Notes under the pieces: model-generated
The model's input: the letters and a program-made list of their open reading frames with translations, nothing else
Database searches by the model: none
What the model was told of the DNA's origin: nothing
Position numbers and translations under genes: made by a program
Source of the DNA: a virus
Lineage: Duplodnaviria; Caudoviricetes
Length of the DNA stretch: 64,000 nucleotides
IMG/VR virus record: IMGVR_UViG_3300032225_002102
Span: 1-64,000 of that record
Direction: 5' to 3' (one strand)
Shown here: piece by piece, positions 38,390 to 49,370 of the stretch
How the letters are laid out: each line of letters begins with the position of its first letter
Numbering within the stretch: position 1 is the stretch's first letter

Positions 38390-40102
38390 TTATTTACCGT
38401 AACTTACATAATTAGCACGAATTGTTCCATCTGGATCATATTCAAGTAACCATACACGAGAAGGATCTTGTACCCAAATCTCTCCTTCTGTTGCCATTCT
38501 AACACTTAAACCTTTATCCCAATCTGCAACTTGATTTCCTGCATTAGTAACACCCATCATTCGTAGCATATCAAGATCACAACCTGAACCTACTTTAAAT
38601 TCTGTAGTATCTTTGTAACCTCTACGTTTAATCATAGTTACGTTACGCAAATTATCAGGTTTTTTAATTCCTGTTGGGATAGCATTAGTGAAGTTACCAT
38701 CTGTAATATCTTCAATAAATACCATACCTGCTGAGTTCTGAAGATATGAACTGTATTGTACACTCTCCAAATAAGCATCAATGTTATCTAAAGTTTCATC
38801 GTGTTCAACTAATAGTAAACCTTGCTCTGGGAAGAAAATACCATTAAATTGTAGTGGACGATAAATGATTCCTCCTTTAGCATCTGTTTCAATCATTTTA
38901 GCTTTCAATAAAGCTGGATGATCTGCAAATACTGTAAATGGATTATCGGTTTTAAAATAAGCAGAGAATTGTTTACGTAATTCTTGAAAAGCTAATTTAC
39001 CTGCTCTTAATCTAACAACACGATCCTGTGGAGATACCATGCTATGAATTGAAAACAGTGTTTCAGAAAAATTTAATACTAAATTAAATAGTTGTCTAAA
39101 ATCTGAATAAGTATCCCAGTTACCACGTTGCTTAATTTGTTGATAATAACCTAATCCCATTGTTACTCTTTCTCTACCATTAGAAAGGTAAGTATTACCT
39201 TGTGACCATGTTAAGAAATTCTCTTTCATTTTTACCAATTCAGCAGCCATATTCTGCATAAATTGTGGAATCCAGAATACTCCTTTTGCTTTACCATCTG
39301 CTGTAGGTGTCCAATATTGCATTACATCCATTGTAGCACCTTGTAGGTGATTAAGCATTGGATGTGAAGCTTTTTCAATATTCAACTTACGATGAGTTGC
39401 ATCAGCAGTAATCCAAGTATGAACTGATTGTTCTGAATGTCCTACAGTATATTGGAATAATTGCAATGCTGATTTCTTATCCATTCCTGAATAACCACTC
39501 ATCTCATTAGTAAACTCACCATTAGATGAACCGTGTGATTTCATATAAGGAATACCTGGTTGTAAGAATTCTTGTGGATACCAAATATCATCTGATAAAC
39601 CATCAAGTGCAACCATATAACGGAAACCGTTTAGGTAAGGGATGATTTCAGCATCTTTACCTTTTTCCTGTATTGTTTGAACTCTAACTTGACGACCATT
39701 TCTCCAATCAGTAGTGAGAATATCACCATTAGTGTAAGCATTCTCTGATAATAGAATGAAGAAAGGTTTGTTACCTAAACCTGGTTTTGGATCATCTCCT
39801 GAAAGATTTTCAAGAATGAAAGGACAACCACGTTCAAATGGAACTCCAAATGTAAACGTTGAACCAGCTCCATCTACTTCCAATACGTTTTTATCCAATT
39901 CTGTAATTGAGATAAAAGGCATTTTCATTTTATTGAAGTTTTGCAACAAATTTAGAATACCCATCCACTGATTTTCAGAACCCATTACACGATCGAAGTG
40001 TGCTGATTCTAAGTGTTTATTACCTTGATAGGGAGATGTAATTGGTTGACCAATAGGTATCCCACCTATGTTAGCGTAACCATTTGGTGATAAATTTACC
40101 AT
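38390..40102 (-). CDS. Major capsid protein
   Basis: 570 aa; order terminase-portal-acidic protein-MCP; GLGYYQQI and EGEIWVQDPSR motifs; optimised codons; terminator. Confidence 0.85.
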   Translation of the reverse strand: MVNLSPNGYANIGGIPIGQPITSPYQGNKHLESAHFDRVMGSENQWMGILNLLQNFNKMKMPFISITELDKNVLEVDGAGSTFTFGVPFERGCPFILENLSGDDPKPGLGNKPFFILLSENAYTNGDILTTDWRNGRQVRVQTIQEKGKDAEIIPYLNGFRYMVALDGLSDDIWYPQEFLQPGIPYMKSHGSSNGEFTNEMSGYSGMDKKSALQLFQYTVGHSEQSVHTWITADATHRKLNIEKASHPMLNHLQGATMDVMQYWTPTADGKAKGVFWIPQFMQNMAAELVKMKENFLTWSQGNTYLSNGRERVTMGLGYYQQIKQRGNWDTYSDFRQLFNLVLNFSETLFSIHSMVSPQDRVVRLRAGKLAFQELRKQFSAYFKTDNPFTVFADHPALLKAKMIETDAKGGIIYRPLQFNGIFFPEQGLLLVEHDETLDNIDAYLESVQYSSYLQNSAGMVFIEDITDGNFTNAIPTGIKKPDNLRNVTMIKRRGYKDTTEFKVGSGCDLDMLRMMGVTNAGNQVADWDKGLSVRMATEGEIWVQDPSRVWLLEYDPDGTIRANYVSYGK

Positions 40103-40108
40103 ACTTTG

Positions 40109-41227
40109 TTATTTGTTAAAATTAAATTGAATTTTCTTTTTACTTTCAGTAGGTCGAACACTTGTGTTATCAGGTGTTTTAACCTTAGTTTCATTAAACT
40201 GAAATTCTTTCTTTAATGATTCAGTAGTTTTTTTGTTTGTAACATTCTGTACAATCATTTGATCGTAATCTTCAGGATTGTTAATAAACATTGCTAACTT
40301 AATCATTGCTTGTGGATTAGCTTGCATTTGCAAAATTTTATAATCCAAAATATCTATTTTCTCACCAGTACCTTTAATAGTTCCTTTACCAAAAGCTGTT
40401 TGTAATAATTCTTCTCTTTTTTTAGGAGCAATTTTAATACTGTTGAGTTCTTTTTCAAATGCTAATTGTTTCTGAACCATCAATTGTTGCTGTCGTCTAT
40501 TCTGTATTTCAGCTTGTTTTACAACCTCTTCTTGTTTTGTTGCAAAATGATCTTGATATGTATCATTTACTAAATCAAATTCATCTTCAATTCCACCTGT
40601 ATTACTTACTTGATCTAATTTACGTTGAACTTTATCTTCACTCCATTTGGTTACTTCTGTGTAATATTTTTCAATTACTTTGAGTTTACCTTTATCTGTG
40701 GAAGTATCAATTGAATTAATTTCTCTTTGTTCTTCAATTACAGATAATAAATCACCTACATTACCACCATTTTCTCTTAAAGTTAAAAGTTGTTCAATGA
40801 TTGGATCTGAACTTTTTACTTCATTGTACTTAGCTTCAATAATTGCTTCATCTAACTGCTCTTGAAAATCTACTAATTCTTCTCCACTTAATTCTGATAA
40901 TTCTTCTTCATCTACATCAAAATTATACTTTTCAATTTTCTTTCTTAGAATTGCTCTAACAGCTTCTTCTTGTAAAGATTTAGTATCCGTTTTAGTTTTT
41001 TTAGTAGGCTCATTTGATTCTTCTTTCTCATCAAATGTAACTTCTTCTGCTTTTGCTAAAACTACTTCTGGTTGTTCAACCTCTTTTTCTTTTATTTCTT
41101 TTGTTTCTACTGAAGGAACTACTATTTCCTCTAATGTAGGTTGAACTATTTCTTCTACTTCTACAGGATTTCCCCAATCAATATCATTAGCTGTTAATCC
41201 TTGTGTTTTGTTCAAATCAATTTCCAT
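40109..41227 (-). CDS. Acidic scaffold-like protein
   Basis: Glu-rich N-terminus and coiled coil, between portal and capsid genes. Confidence 0.6.
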   Translation of the reverse strand: MEIDLNKTQGLTANDIDWGNPVEVEEIVQPTLEEIVVPSVETKEIKEKEVEQPEVVLAKAEEVTFDEKEESNEPTKKTKTDTKSLQEEAVRAILRKKIEKYNFDVDEEELSELSGEELVDFQEQLDEAIIEAKYNEVKSSDPIIEQLLTLRENGGNVGDLLSVIEEQREINSIDTSTDKGKLKVIEKYYTEVTKWSEDKVQRKLDQVSNTGGIEDEFDLVNDTYQDHFATKQEEVVKQAEIQNRRQQQLMVQKQLAFEKELNSIKIAPKKREELLQTAFGKGTIKGTGEKIDILDYKILQMQANPQAMIKLAMFINNPEDYDQMIVQNVTNKKTTESLKKEFQFNETKVKTPDNTSVRPTESKKKIQFNFNK

Positions 41228-41301
41228 TGTTGTAAAATTATTGTTTTATAGTTTATGTTTTATTATATGTTGCAATAAAAATATTTTTTGCTTATATAGC
41301 A

Positions 41302-44013
41302 TTATTTAGTTTTATCTCCCATTATTCTTGAGTTAATTCCTGATTGAATTATCTCTCTTTCTTTTAAAGCTACCTTTTGTTGCTCCATTGATAGCTTTTG
41401 TTGGGTTTCTGTTCTTCTATTTTGTTCACGTTCTCTTTCTACATTTAATTTATCTTGTGATAAACCTAATTTAGAAACTTCATTGGATGCTTGAGATTGA
41501 AATTTTTGATATTCTAATGCATCTGGAATTTTATTTAGATCTTGATCTTTGTCTTGTTTGTAACCACTTGAACGAATAAATGCAACTTCTTTTTCTGCTT
41601 CTAATTTTGCATAGAATTGTTCTTGTTGTATTTTAATTCTTTCTTTTTCAATTTCTGTTTTAGCTTGTTCTTGTTGTTGTTGGAATTGTTGAATTTGTTG
41701 TTCACGTTCTGCTGCTTTCTCTTCTTCATATTTTACCACTTCAAGAATACGTTGAGCATTTGTCATTGAACCCATTTCCATTCTACTACTCATTAATGTA
41801 CCAGTAGTATTTAATTCCATTCCTAATTTTTTATACATTTCTAACTTACGTAACTCTTCTTGTGAATTAGTAACATATACATCTAAATCATAAAGTGTAA
41901 GATTCTGATAATTTGTTTTTAATAAACTTTGTGTAAGTATAGAATTTGAAAATTGAGCAGAATAATCTTTGTTGTTTGATTGTAACCATTGTGCTACTTG
42001 TAATTGATAATTAAGTATTTCACTCTCTAATTCGTAAAAATCTGTAAACCAACTTGCAGTTGCATTAAATGATTTAGTAATTGAAACATTAATTCCTGTT
42101 GCTGTATCTGATTGAGAAATATCTCCTAATCTTTCTGGAGTAAATCCTAGTTGAGATAAAGCTAATCCTCTAATTGCAGATGCAATATTTAAATGCTGAA
42201 TAATTCTAGGAGTTGTATCTAAATCAATTACTCTTGGAAATTGTCCTCCACTATTTGCACCAAGTGTATTTGAAGGTGAAGTATCCATCGGAGCAACTCC
42301 AGTAGCATTTCCAGTTTCAATCCACTTAATCAAAGATTCATCTCCTCCCCAATCTTTCTGATTAGGTAAAGTCCGAATATCATGTGCTACAAATGGAAGA
42401 ATACTTCTTTCAAGAATTTTATATGCTTTATTAAGAACTACATTGTATAAAAATTGATAAGGTTTAATTAAATCAACTTGTGATACAGATTTAGTATTTT
42501 TATTATTTGCAATTTGACCAAATATAGGAAGTGATTTAAACATTCCATCTTTACTCTGTGGTTGATACTCACATTTTTTAATATTAAAATAAATACCATG
42601 AGTATTTTGTCCAGTAGTATTATTATTGATTTTAGAACCCTCCATTATAATTGTTTTGTACATCCAAACAATTGTATTTAATTCAGGTTCATTTTGCATA
42701 TTATGATATGGAAGCTCTTTAATATATGAAGGAATAATAAAATCTTCATCTACTTCTAATACTTCAAATAAATCATTAGAAGGATTATTCCAACATAATC
42801 TACCTACTAATTCATAAGATTTCCAATATGCTTTAGTTACTACATATAATCTGTTACCATAAATATTATTATTTTCATAACTTGGTGGGAGTAAAGTACC
42901 ATAACTTAAATGATTCATACCTAAATTAGGTGCTAATCTATTAAGTAAGTTATTTGAAGAAGGTAAAAAAGTATTATATGGATTACCAGAAAAATCTAAA
43001 TAGTTTACAGAATTACCAAAAAAATCAGTTCTAGCTTTACTTTCTTTTAACTCTGTATTACTCATTGTTTCAAACGTAAGTAATTGTTTCTTAGTTAATT
43101 GATGTCCATATTTATCAATTATGAAAGAAGCAGATGCTAATTCTACAGTACCAGCATAATCTCCCTGTTGTACATATTGTATATTAGGAGATTTATGATA
43201 AAATACATTTACATAATTTAAAGGTTTTATTGATAAACCTGTTTTAGTTGTAGTTATTTCTCTAAATCTTCTACCAACAACTAAATAATCTTTAAATTCT
43301 TCTCTACGTAATTTTTTAATATTAAATCTTTCAATTTGTTTCTTTAACTCCTCCTCTGCCCATATTTCAAACTGGTGTCGAGGATTCATTTTCATATACA
43401 TTCCTATCTCTTCTGGAGTTCTTGCTTTCTTCATTTGCTCCATTTGTTGTTGAAATGCTTGTTCTTCCTCCTCTGATTGAAACTCTTCTGGAGTAACAAT
43501 TTGATTTTTTTGTAGATATTCTTGAAATGTTTTTGTAAGTTCTGCTTCAACATACTCATTAAGCATATCTAATTGAACTTGCATTTTATCATTTAAAATT
43601 TGTTCTCCTTTACCTACAACACCAAATGTATCAGGTGCTTGTTCAAATTCACCAACCTGTGTTTCAATAACAGAACGAAACATATCATAATGTTTTACAA
43701 ACTTAGGTAGTTTTCCATCAGCAATTAATTTATTTAAAGGTTCTGAAAAATCTTCTTCATCAGATTCTAAATAATCACTTTCTATAAATTCACCATTAAG
43801 TAATCGTTCATTATCAATAAGCTTTCTATGTTGCATATATTGAAAACGTGCAATGGATTCAAATGTATCCATATTACGTTTCTCCCAATTAGAAACACCA
43901 TTCTCATCTAAATTAGCTCTTTTTTCTTTACGAGATTTCATCTGAGGAGGAAGTGCATTATACATTCCAGCTCTTGTAAAGTTTTCTAAAAAAGGGTGTA
44001 CATCAAGAATCAT
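41302..44013 (-). CDS. Portal protein
   Basis: 903 aa after terminase; LPPQ, FYHKSPN..Q.G.YAG, DLIKPYQ..YN, G.TPERLG motifs; Gln-rich coiled-coil tail. Confidence 0.85.
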   Translation of the reverse strand: MILDVHPFLENFTRAGMYNALPPQMKSRKEKRANLDENGVSNWEKRNMDTFESIARFQYMQHRKLIDNERLLNGEFIESDYLESDEEDFSEPLNKLIADGKLPKFVKHYDMFRSVIETQVGEFEQAPDTFGVVGKGEQILNDKMQVQLDMLNEYVEAELTKTFQEYLQKNQIVTPEEFQSEEEEQAFQQQMEQMKKARTPEEIGMYMKMNPRHQFEIWAEEELKKQIERFNIKKLRREEFKDYLVVGRRFREITTTKTGLSIKPLNYVNVFYHKSPNIQYVQQGDYAGTVELASASFIIDKYGHQLTKKQLLTFETMSNTELKESKARTDFFGNSVNYLDFSGNPYNTFLPSSNNLLNRLAPNLGMNHLSYGTLLPPSYENNNIYGNRLYVVTKAYWKSYELVGRLCWNNPSNDLFEVLEVDEDFIIPSYIKELPYHNMQNEPELNTIVWMYKTIIMEGSKINNNTTGQNTHGIYFNIKKCEYQPQSKDGMFKSLPIFGQIANNKNTKSVSQVDLIKPYQFLYNVVLNKAYKILERSILPFVAHDIRTLPNQKDWGGDESLIKWIETGNATGVAPMDTSPSNTLGANSGGQFPRVIDLDTTPRIIQHLNIASAIRGLALSQLGFTPERLGDISQSDTATGINVSITKSFNATASWFTDFYELESEILNYQLQVAQWLQSNNKDYSAQFSNSILTQSLLKTNYQNLTLYDLDVYVTNSQEELRKLEMYKKLGMELNTTGTLMSSRMEMGSMTNAQRILEVVKYEEEKAAEREQQIQQFQQQQEQAKTEIEKERIKIQQEQFYAKLEAEKEVAFIRSSGYKQDKDQDLNKIPDALEYQKFQSQASNEVSKLGLSQDKLNVEREREQNRRTETQQKLSMEQQKVALKEREIIQSGINSRIMGDKTK

Positions 44014-44082
44014 ATTTTTTATTAAAATTTTACTGCAAGATTAATCTTATTTGTTTAAACTTGCAAATTTTAATTTTTTATG

Positions 44083-47000
44083 TTAAATTGCAGATTTCTT
44101 ATAATTACTAAATCCCATACCAAAAGCATTGTTTGTAACTTTAGGTTTTTCTTTAACTTCAACTTTTTCAGATACATTAGGTCTATATTTAGATTCTTTT
44201 TTTAAATGTATTAAAGCATGTAGAAATGCAATTATAGCATCTTTATCAGAATAATCTCCATCAAAATTCATCAATTGTTTTACAAGATATGGATCAGGTA
44301 TTCTCCATAAACCTAATTTACCATCAGGTAATTCTTCTTCACAATAATCAATAATCAATTGTAATCCATAATTTTGTGTTCTAGGAGTAGGTCTTAATCC
44401 TTTACTATTATAAGAATTAGCATTTGGATTTATTTCTCTTGATAAAGTATAAGTATCTTCTAAATAATGAGATTTGTTTTTTTCTGAAAAATGTTGGGTT
44501 AAATTATCATCAGAAGCTTCATGTAATAATGTAATACAACCTGATTCTGCACCATAAAATTCTAATGAGTTTGTAAGAATTTTCCTAAAATGAGATATAT
44601 CCTTTCTACCATTATACCAAGCAACAATTCTATTATTATAAGAATCTGAATAATCAGAAGTTTCTCTCCTCATTATGTAAAAACTACCTAATGATGCAGA
44701 TTCTGCTGTTTTTACTGTATTAAAGGGGTCACTTCCAGCACAATATAACTTTGTACCTCTTAATAATCTAGGTTCATCTACTACACATAATGGAGAATCA
44801 AATAAAGCACTATTATTCTTTTGATATGGATAATCAAATAAAGGAAGTTTAGAAGAATTGTAAGATTTATTTTGTTCATCAAAATCTATTTTTTTAATTT
44901 CAATAGATTCTAAATATTTAAGAAGTTTTTCAAACTCAACTCTAAATGTAGAAAAAGGATTATCTGCTGTTTTAAGAAACATTGAATTTATATCTCGTGG
45001 AAAGAAAATCCTTTGATCATTATAATCAGATAATTTTCCAGTATCGAGTAACAATTTTTCCTCTTTATCTAGTACAATATTAGCATATTCAAAATCAGTA
45101 GCTTCAATTGTAAGTTTATCTAAACAAGAACCTCTTTCTATTTTAATTCCTGTTCTTTCTAAATAATCTACAAATGGAATTTCTTTTTTAAAATCTGCTC
45201 TATACCAACCTCCCATAAACCTACCAACCTTTTTACCTTCATAATCAAATTCAAGTAGTTCATTTGCTTCGGGATTTAAAAAGAAACTTTCAGCATCTTT
45301 AGATAACTCTGCTTCTCCTCCTGTAAAACTAAAAAATCCAGCATTTCTATATCCATATTTACCTTTAAATGCAGGTTTAATAGCATTCCAAGATTGTTTA
45401 AAAGGAAATTTAGCAATCTCATCGTATGCAAAAAAAGACAAAGATTTACCACTACCTACTTGTGCATTATTTCCACCTGCTGTAATATATAGGTATAAAC
45501 GAGCATGAATATTATCTGTATTATCCATTTCTTTATACCCATAACGTATCTCATCTTTTCTCCAATCATTATCTAAAGGTGGAACTATTAAAAATTTTTC
45601 ACCATTATCTGTAGCAATCTTGGATTTTTTACTAAATGTAGATTTATCATTTGAAGAACCAAATAGTAGTAAAGCTTCAGTATTTTTATATAAATTAATC
45701 TCTCTCATTGTAAGAGAAACTAGCGTATCAGTATTGTGAGTAATAGTAAAACCATCAGTTAAAAATAAATGAGATTCATTATTTACTTCAATACAAGTAG
45801 TATAATCGTCATATACATACTCAATATTTTCTATTGAAATTCTATTGTTAAATCTAGAAATACTCTGTCTTTCATATTTTCTTTTTAATTTAAATATAGG
45901 TATATCTGTATATATTTGTAAACCATAACTTAATTTACCTTGTTTTTTTTCACCTTTATAAGTATAACATGATTGTTTTTTAGATATTTTACATCCCATA
46001 CCTAAACTTCTAACTATAAATTCTAAATCTTTAATTAAAGTGTAATTAGAATTAGTAAAAGAAGAACTGCCTTTTGTACATGTACCATCACTATCCATAC
46101 AACCTTTTAAAAATTCCAATCTTTGTTCAAAAGAACCATATTTATAAATATCAGGTACATGTTTGTTTTTAATTAAATTTAATCTTTTTAAATGTTTATT
46201 AAAAATATTATTACCATCTTTAGAAACAATATTATAATGAGAAGCTTTATTATTTCTTAATTTATAATCATATTTAGAAATATTCATATCTAATAATTCT
46301 GCTTGTTGATAAATATAATCTACAATTTCAGAATCCATTGTTGTTATAGCAAATCTTCTTGCATCACCATCACCTGTCCAAATTCCAAATAAATAAGGAT
46401 CAATTGGTAATTCTTTTTCAATATAATTAATAGACTTACATAAATCAATTGAATATCTCCAAGCAAAAGAATTTTTTCTTTTTTCCCAACTTTTTCTATA
46501 ACATTTAAAATCAACTAATAACTCTCTAGTTGTTTTAACTGAATATTTATTTTTATAATGGTCAAAAACATACCAATTATGATCTAATCCACAAAAAAGT
46601 TCTCTACCATCTAACATAGTAATTTTATATACAGGTTTTATTCCTTGTGGATATACACCTATAACTTCTGTTAAATTTCCAGAATCATCAAATATTTTTT
46701 CTCCTATTTTTATTTCTCCTATTGTGGTAGTAGAATCCTCTTTATACAATAAAGAACTATTTAATAAATCCTTACTTATCTGACGAGAACCTGATATACA
46801 ATAATGTTTTTTCTCTTTCTGTGCTCTATAAAAATCATTATGTATAATCCATCCATTATCTCTCAAGTAAGGATTTGCAACAGTTCTTCCTTTAGGAGTA
46901 TCTAATTCAATCTTGTGGAAATTTAAATCATAATATAAAGTTGGAGGAATAAAAACCCCATTTACATTTAATCCCTCATCACATTTCTTAAATTCATTTA

Positions 47001-47118
47001 ATACAAATGCTTCTCTATGAATACTATTTTCAGGTGGTATATCAGACTTTTTTAAATTAATAAAAAATTCAGGAGTTTTTATATTAAAAATTGTACTATC
47101 ATGTTTCAATTGTTTCAT
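44083..47118 (-). CDS. terL: Terminase large subunit with intein
   Basis: Walker A GSRQISK|T split by the intein, Walker B FFAYDEIAK, FTGG coupling motif, nuclease CAGSDPF. Confidence 0.9.
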   Translation of the reverse strand: MKQLKHDSTIFNIKTPEFFINLKKSDIPPENSIHREAFVLNEFKKCDEGLNVNGVFIPPTLYYDLNFHKIELDTPKGRTVANPYLRDNGWIIHNDFYRAQKEKKHYCISGSRQISKDLLNSSLLYKEDSTTTIGEIKIGEKIFDDSGNLTEVIGVYPQGIKPVYKITMLDGRELFCGLDHNWYVFDHYKNKYSVKTTRELLVDFKCYRKSWEKRKNSFAWRYSIDLCKSINYIEKELPIDPYLFGIWTGDGDARRFAITTMDSEIVDYIYQQAELLDMNISKYDYKLRNNKASHYNIVSKDGNNIFNKHLKRLNLIKNKHVPDIYKYGSFEQRLEFLKGCMDSDGTCTKGSSSFTNSNYTLIKDLEFIVRSLGMGCKISKKQSCYTYKGEKKQGKLSYGLQIYTDIPIFKLKRKYERQSISRFNNRISIENIEYVYDDYTTCIEVNNESHLFLTDGFTITHNTDTLVSLTMREINLYKNTEALLLFGSSNDKSTFSKKSKIATDNGEKFLIVPPLDNDWRKDEIRYGYKEMDNTDNIHARLYLYITAGGNNAQVGSGKSLSFFAYDEIAKFPFKQSWNAIKPAFKGKYGYRNAGFFSFTGGEAELSKDAESFFLNPEANELLEFDYEGKKVGRFMGGWYRADFKKEIPFVDYLERTGIKIERGSCLDKLTIEATDFEYANIVLDKEEKLLLDTGKLSDYNDQRIFFPRDINSMFLKTADNPFSTFRVEFEKLLKYLESIEIKKIDFDEQNKSYNSSKLPLFDYPYQKNNSALFDSPLCVVDEPRLLRGTKLYCAGSDPFNTVKTAESASLGSFYIMRRETSDYSDSYNNRIVAWYNGRKDISHFRKILTNSLEFYGAESGCITLLHEASDDNLTQHFSEKNKSHYLEDTYTLSREINPNANSYNSKGLRPTPRTQNYGLQLIIDYCEEELPDGKLGLWRIPDPYLVKQLMNFDGDYSDKDAIIAFLHALIHLKKESKYRPNVSEKVEVKEKPKVTNNAFGMGFSNYKKSAI
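45733..46770 (-). mobile_element. 346-aa LAGLIDADG intein, class 3 signature
   Basis: Begins D117 (K|DLLNSSLL), block B CGLDHNW, LAGLIDADG motifs GIWTGDG and GCMDSDG, block F TTCIEV, ends ITHN|T. Confidence 0.85.
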
Positions 47119-47683
47119 TTCTTACAAAATTAATTTTTAATCTTTCTGATAATCCTTCTTTACCTTTTACTTGAACTTCTACTGTATTATTCTCTAATTG
47201 ATCAATCATTGGTTTTAATTCAAGTAATATTTTAAATATTCTACTTCTTGTTTTAATTTGAGTTGGAGCATTTGCACAGATAAGTACATCTTCATAAGAT
47301 ACTCCCTTTTTACTCACTTTAGCTACTCTATGATACCTATGTTCTATTTCAGATGCAGGTCTTGCTTCATAATAATTTTTAATATCATTAATTTTTTCTT
47401 TAACTTGTTCTAATGAATATTGAATAAATGTACTATCTCCTTCTATTTGTTTAATAGATTTGAGTTGTTCTACAGTTTCTTTTAATACAACAATAGTAGC
47501 ATCCATCTTTGCTTCGATAGATGCTACTACACTTGCTTTAATTTGTCCTGTAGAACTTGTTATATATTCAATATCATCTGTTAGATTATCTAAATCAAAT
47601 TTATTAGTAGCATCTAAATTGTTACCAATTTCTCGTTTAGAATCCTCAAGATTTAAACTTTTATAACTGTTCTTCTTTGCCAT
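47099..47683 (-). CDS. Hypothetical protein upstream of terL (terminase small subunit candidate)
   Basis: Overlaps terL start; helical. Function inferred from position only. Confidence 0.4.
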   Translation of the reverse strand: MAKKNSYKSLNLEDSKREIGNNLDATNKFDLDNLTDDIEYITSSTGQIKASVVASIEAKMDATIVVLKETVEQLKSIKQIEGDSTFIQYSLEQVKEKINDIKNYYEARPASEIEHRYHRVAKVSKKGVSYEDVLICANAPTQIKTRSRIFKILLELKPMIDQLENNTVEVQVKGKEGLSERLKINFVRNETIET

Positions 47684-48035
47684 TTATAATACACATTTCA
47701 AATTCTTCTTGTGTGATAAAAATAATTTCTTTTAATTCATCCGTTGAGAAAAATTCAGTTTCTAATTCCCCATTTTGTACCTTAACACTTGCTTCTTGTG
47801 CTTCTTTAAAAAATAACTCAATAGCTTCTAAATCAGTTAATGGAATATCTTCTTTTTGAATAATTTCATTCTGATATTTTTCTACTAGTTTATTCTGTTC
47901 AGGAGTTAATTCTTTACTGAATTTAAAACTAGGATTTTTTTCTAAAAATCTTGCTCTTGAAGCTTTTGCATAATTATCAAGTTTTGTGATAATTAAATTG
48001 TGATATTGCAATTGATCTAATATGAAGTTTTTCAT
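47661..48035 (-). CDS. Hypothetical protein
   Basis: Coupled ORF in operon. Confidence 0.55.
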   Translation of the reverse strand: MKNFILDQLQYHNLIITKLDNYAKASRARFLEKNPSFKFSKELTPEQNKLVEKYQNEIIQKEDIPLTDLEAIELFFKEAQEASVKVQNGELETEFFSTDELKEIIFITQEEFEMCIINGKEEQL

Positions 48036-48307
48036 TTAACAGTTGCTTTTAAAAGTATAAAATCTGAATTTCCTTTTGGATAATTAATTGATACAACAGA
48101 AAGTTTTTCTCCATATTGATTCATATCCAAAAAAAGCTTTAATTCTTTTTTATCTCTATCATACATTTTACGTGTACATGAACAGTTTACAATAAAATTA
48201 TCTACAGATAAATTTTCATTTCCTAAATAATTAAAAATTACATCGTGTGTAGTATTATATTTTACTTCACCAAAATGATGTTCTTTTTTATTCCATAATT
48301 GTTCCAT
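48032..48307 (-). CDS. Small Ig-like protein (DUF1573-like)
   Basis: HHFGEV..F.Y.G...L.V.....CSCT pattern of Bacteroidota DUF1573. Confidence 0.55.
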   Translation of the reverse strand: MEQLWNKKEHHFGEVKYNTTHDVIFNYLGNENLSVDNFIVNCSCTRKMYDRDKKELKLFLDMNQYGEKLSVVSINYPKGNSDFILLKATVK

Positions 48308-48311
48308 TGTT

Positions 48312-48695
48312 TTATTTTTTATTGTTTTCTAATTTAAATAATTCCCAATTATACTTATTCATCATCTTAGGATAACAAGCTGTTGTTCTACCTGTTACAT
48401 AGTTTTTAATATAATCATCTTTTACCTTTTCAAGTGAACATCCTTTATCTGCAAAATATAATCCTTGTGTTATAGAACATCCACACCAAAGACAACTTCC
48501 ATTTTGAGTACATTGCTTTGCTTCATAAAACCTATAAAGAAATTGTTCTTCAATATGCTTACGTATAAACAAAGGAAAATATAACCATAAAAACATACGT
48601 AAATTTCCTTGAACATAATACCAAATATTTATTGGATCTTCTTTAATTAATATCCAATAAGATTTTAAATTCTCAAGTTTGTCTTTAATTTTCAT
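48312..48695 (-). CDS. Cys-rich, probably zinc-binding protein
   Basis: CTQNGSCLWCGC..ADKGC..CYPKMM. Confidence 0.55.
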   Translation of the reverse strand: MKIKDKLENLKSYWILIKEDPINIWYYVQGNLRMFLWLYFPLFIRKHIEEQFLYRFYEAKQCTQNGSCLWCGCSITQGLYFADKGCSLEKVKDDYIKNYVTGRTTACYPKMMNKYNWELFKLENNKK

Positions 48696-49027
48696 CCTTT
48701 CATTCTTTTATGTTTGAATTTTAAATTGTACTCTGTGATAAATCCTCTAAGTTTTTCGTATTTTTTAATTTTTTTAATAATTTTAACACGTTGCTTTACA
48801 TCAGTTTCTTTTTCTAATAATTGATTTGCTTTTATTTGTCTTGCTATAACAGGAGATAAATTAACACAAAATACTCCTAATCCTGGATAATTAAGAAATT
48901 GCCAATCTATATTGTATAAATTAAACATTAAATACTCATCAATGAATTGATTATACATTTCCATTGATTGATTATCTGTTAAATTATACTTCTCTCCTAT
49001 TCGTTTAACAATATCTTTCTCAAGCAT
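48692..49027 (-). CDS. HU/IHF-like protein
   Basis: KDIVKRIGEKYNLT helix pair and YPGLGVF strand. Confidence 0.6.
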   Translation of the reverse strand: MLEKDIVKRIGEKYNLTDNQSMEMYNQFIDEYLMFNLYNIDWQFLNYPGLGVFCVNLSPVIARQIKANQLLEKETDVKQRVKIIKKIKKYEKLRGFITEYNLKFKHKRMKG

Positions 49028-49370
49028 TTTTAACTAAACATTTAATCATAAAAATCAACTCATTATCTTGAATCTTTAAACTATTAAATGGTTCTATTAC
49101 CTCCCATTTCTTACTCGCAGTTTTAATAATGAGTTTTTTATTAACTAATGAAGATTTAGCATTATCAATTATTTGCTTATCCTTTACTAATTTATTATCT
49201 AAAATAAATTGATAAGTTTCATCTTTAATACCTTGAATACAAAAGTAAGTTAAAACTAAAAATTCTTGATTTCTTAATTTTATGTTATTTAATAAACAAT
49301 GTATTTTAATATATTTATCCCACAATGAATAAATAGAAGGATAAACATATACCTTCTTATACGGATTCAT
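49020..49370 (-). CDS. Winged-helix-like protein
   Basis: KLRNQE..VL..IDNAKSSLVNKKLIIK. Confidence 0.45.
   Translation of the reverse strand: MNPYKKVYVYPSIYSLWDKYIKIHCLLNNIKLRNQEFLVLTYFCIQGIKDETYQFILDNKLVKDKQIIDNAKSSLVNKKLIIKTASKKWEVIEPFNSLKIQDNELIFMIKCLVKNA

Noticed and set aside
4447-47859. Short plus-strand ORFs inside late genes (4447, 11293, 23168, 25368, 29037, 29730, 32116, 32333, 39756, 40459, 40680, 47460, 47677)
   Set aside because: Antisense shadows of long genes, mostly non-ATG starts, no motifs.
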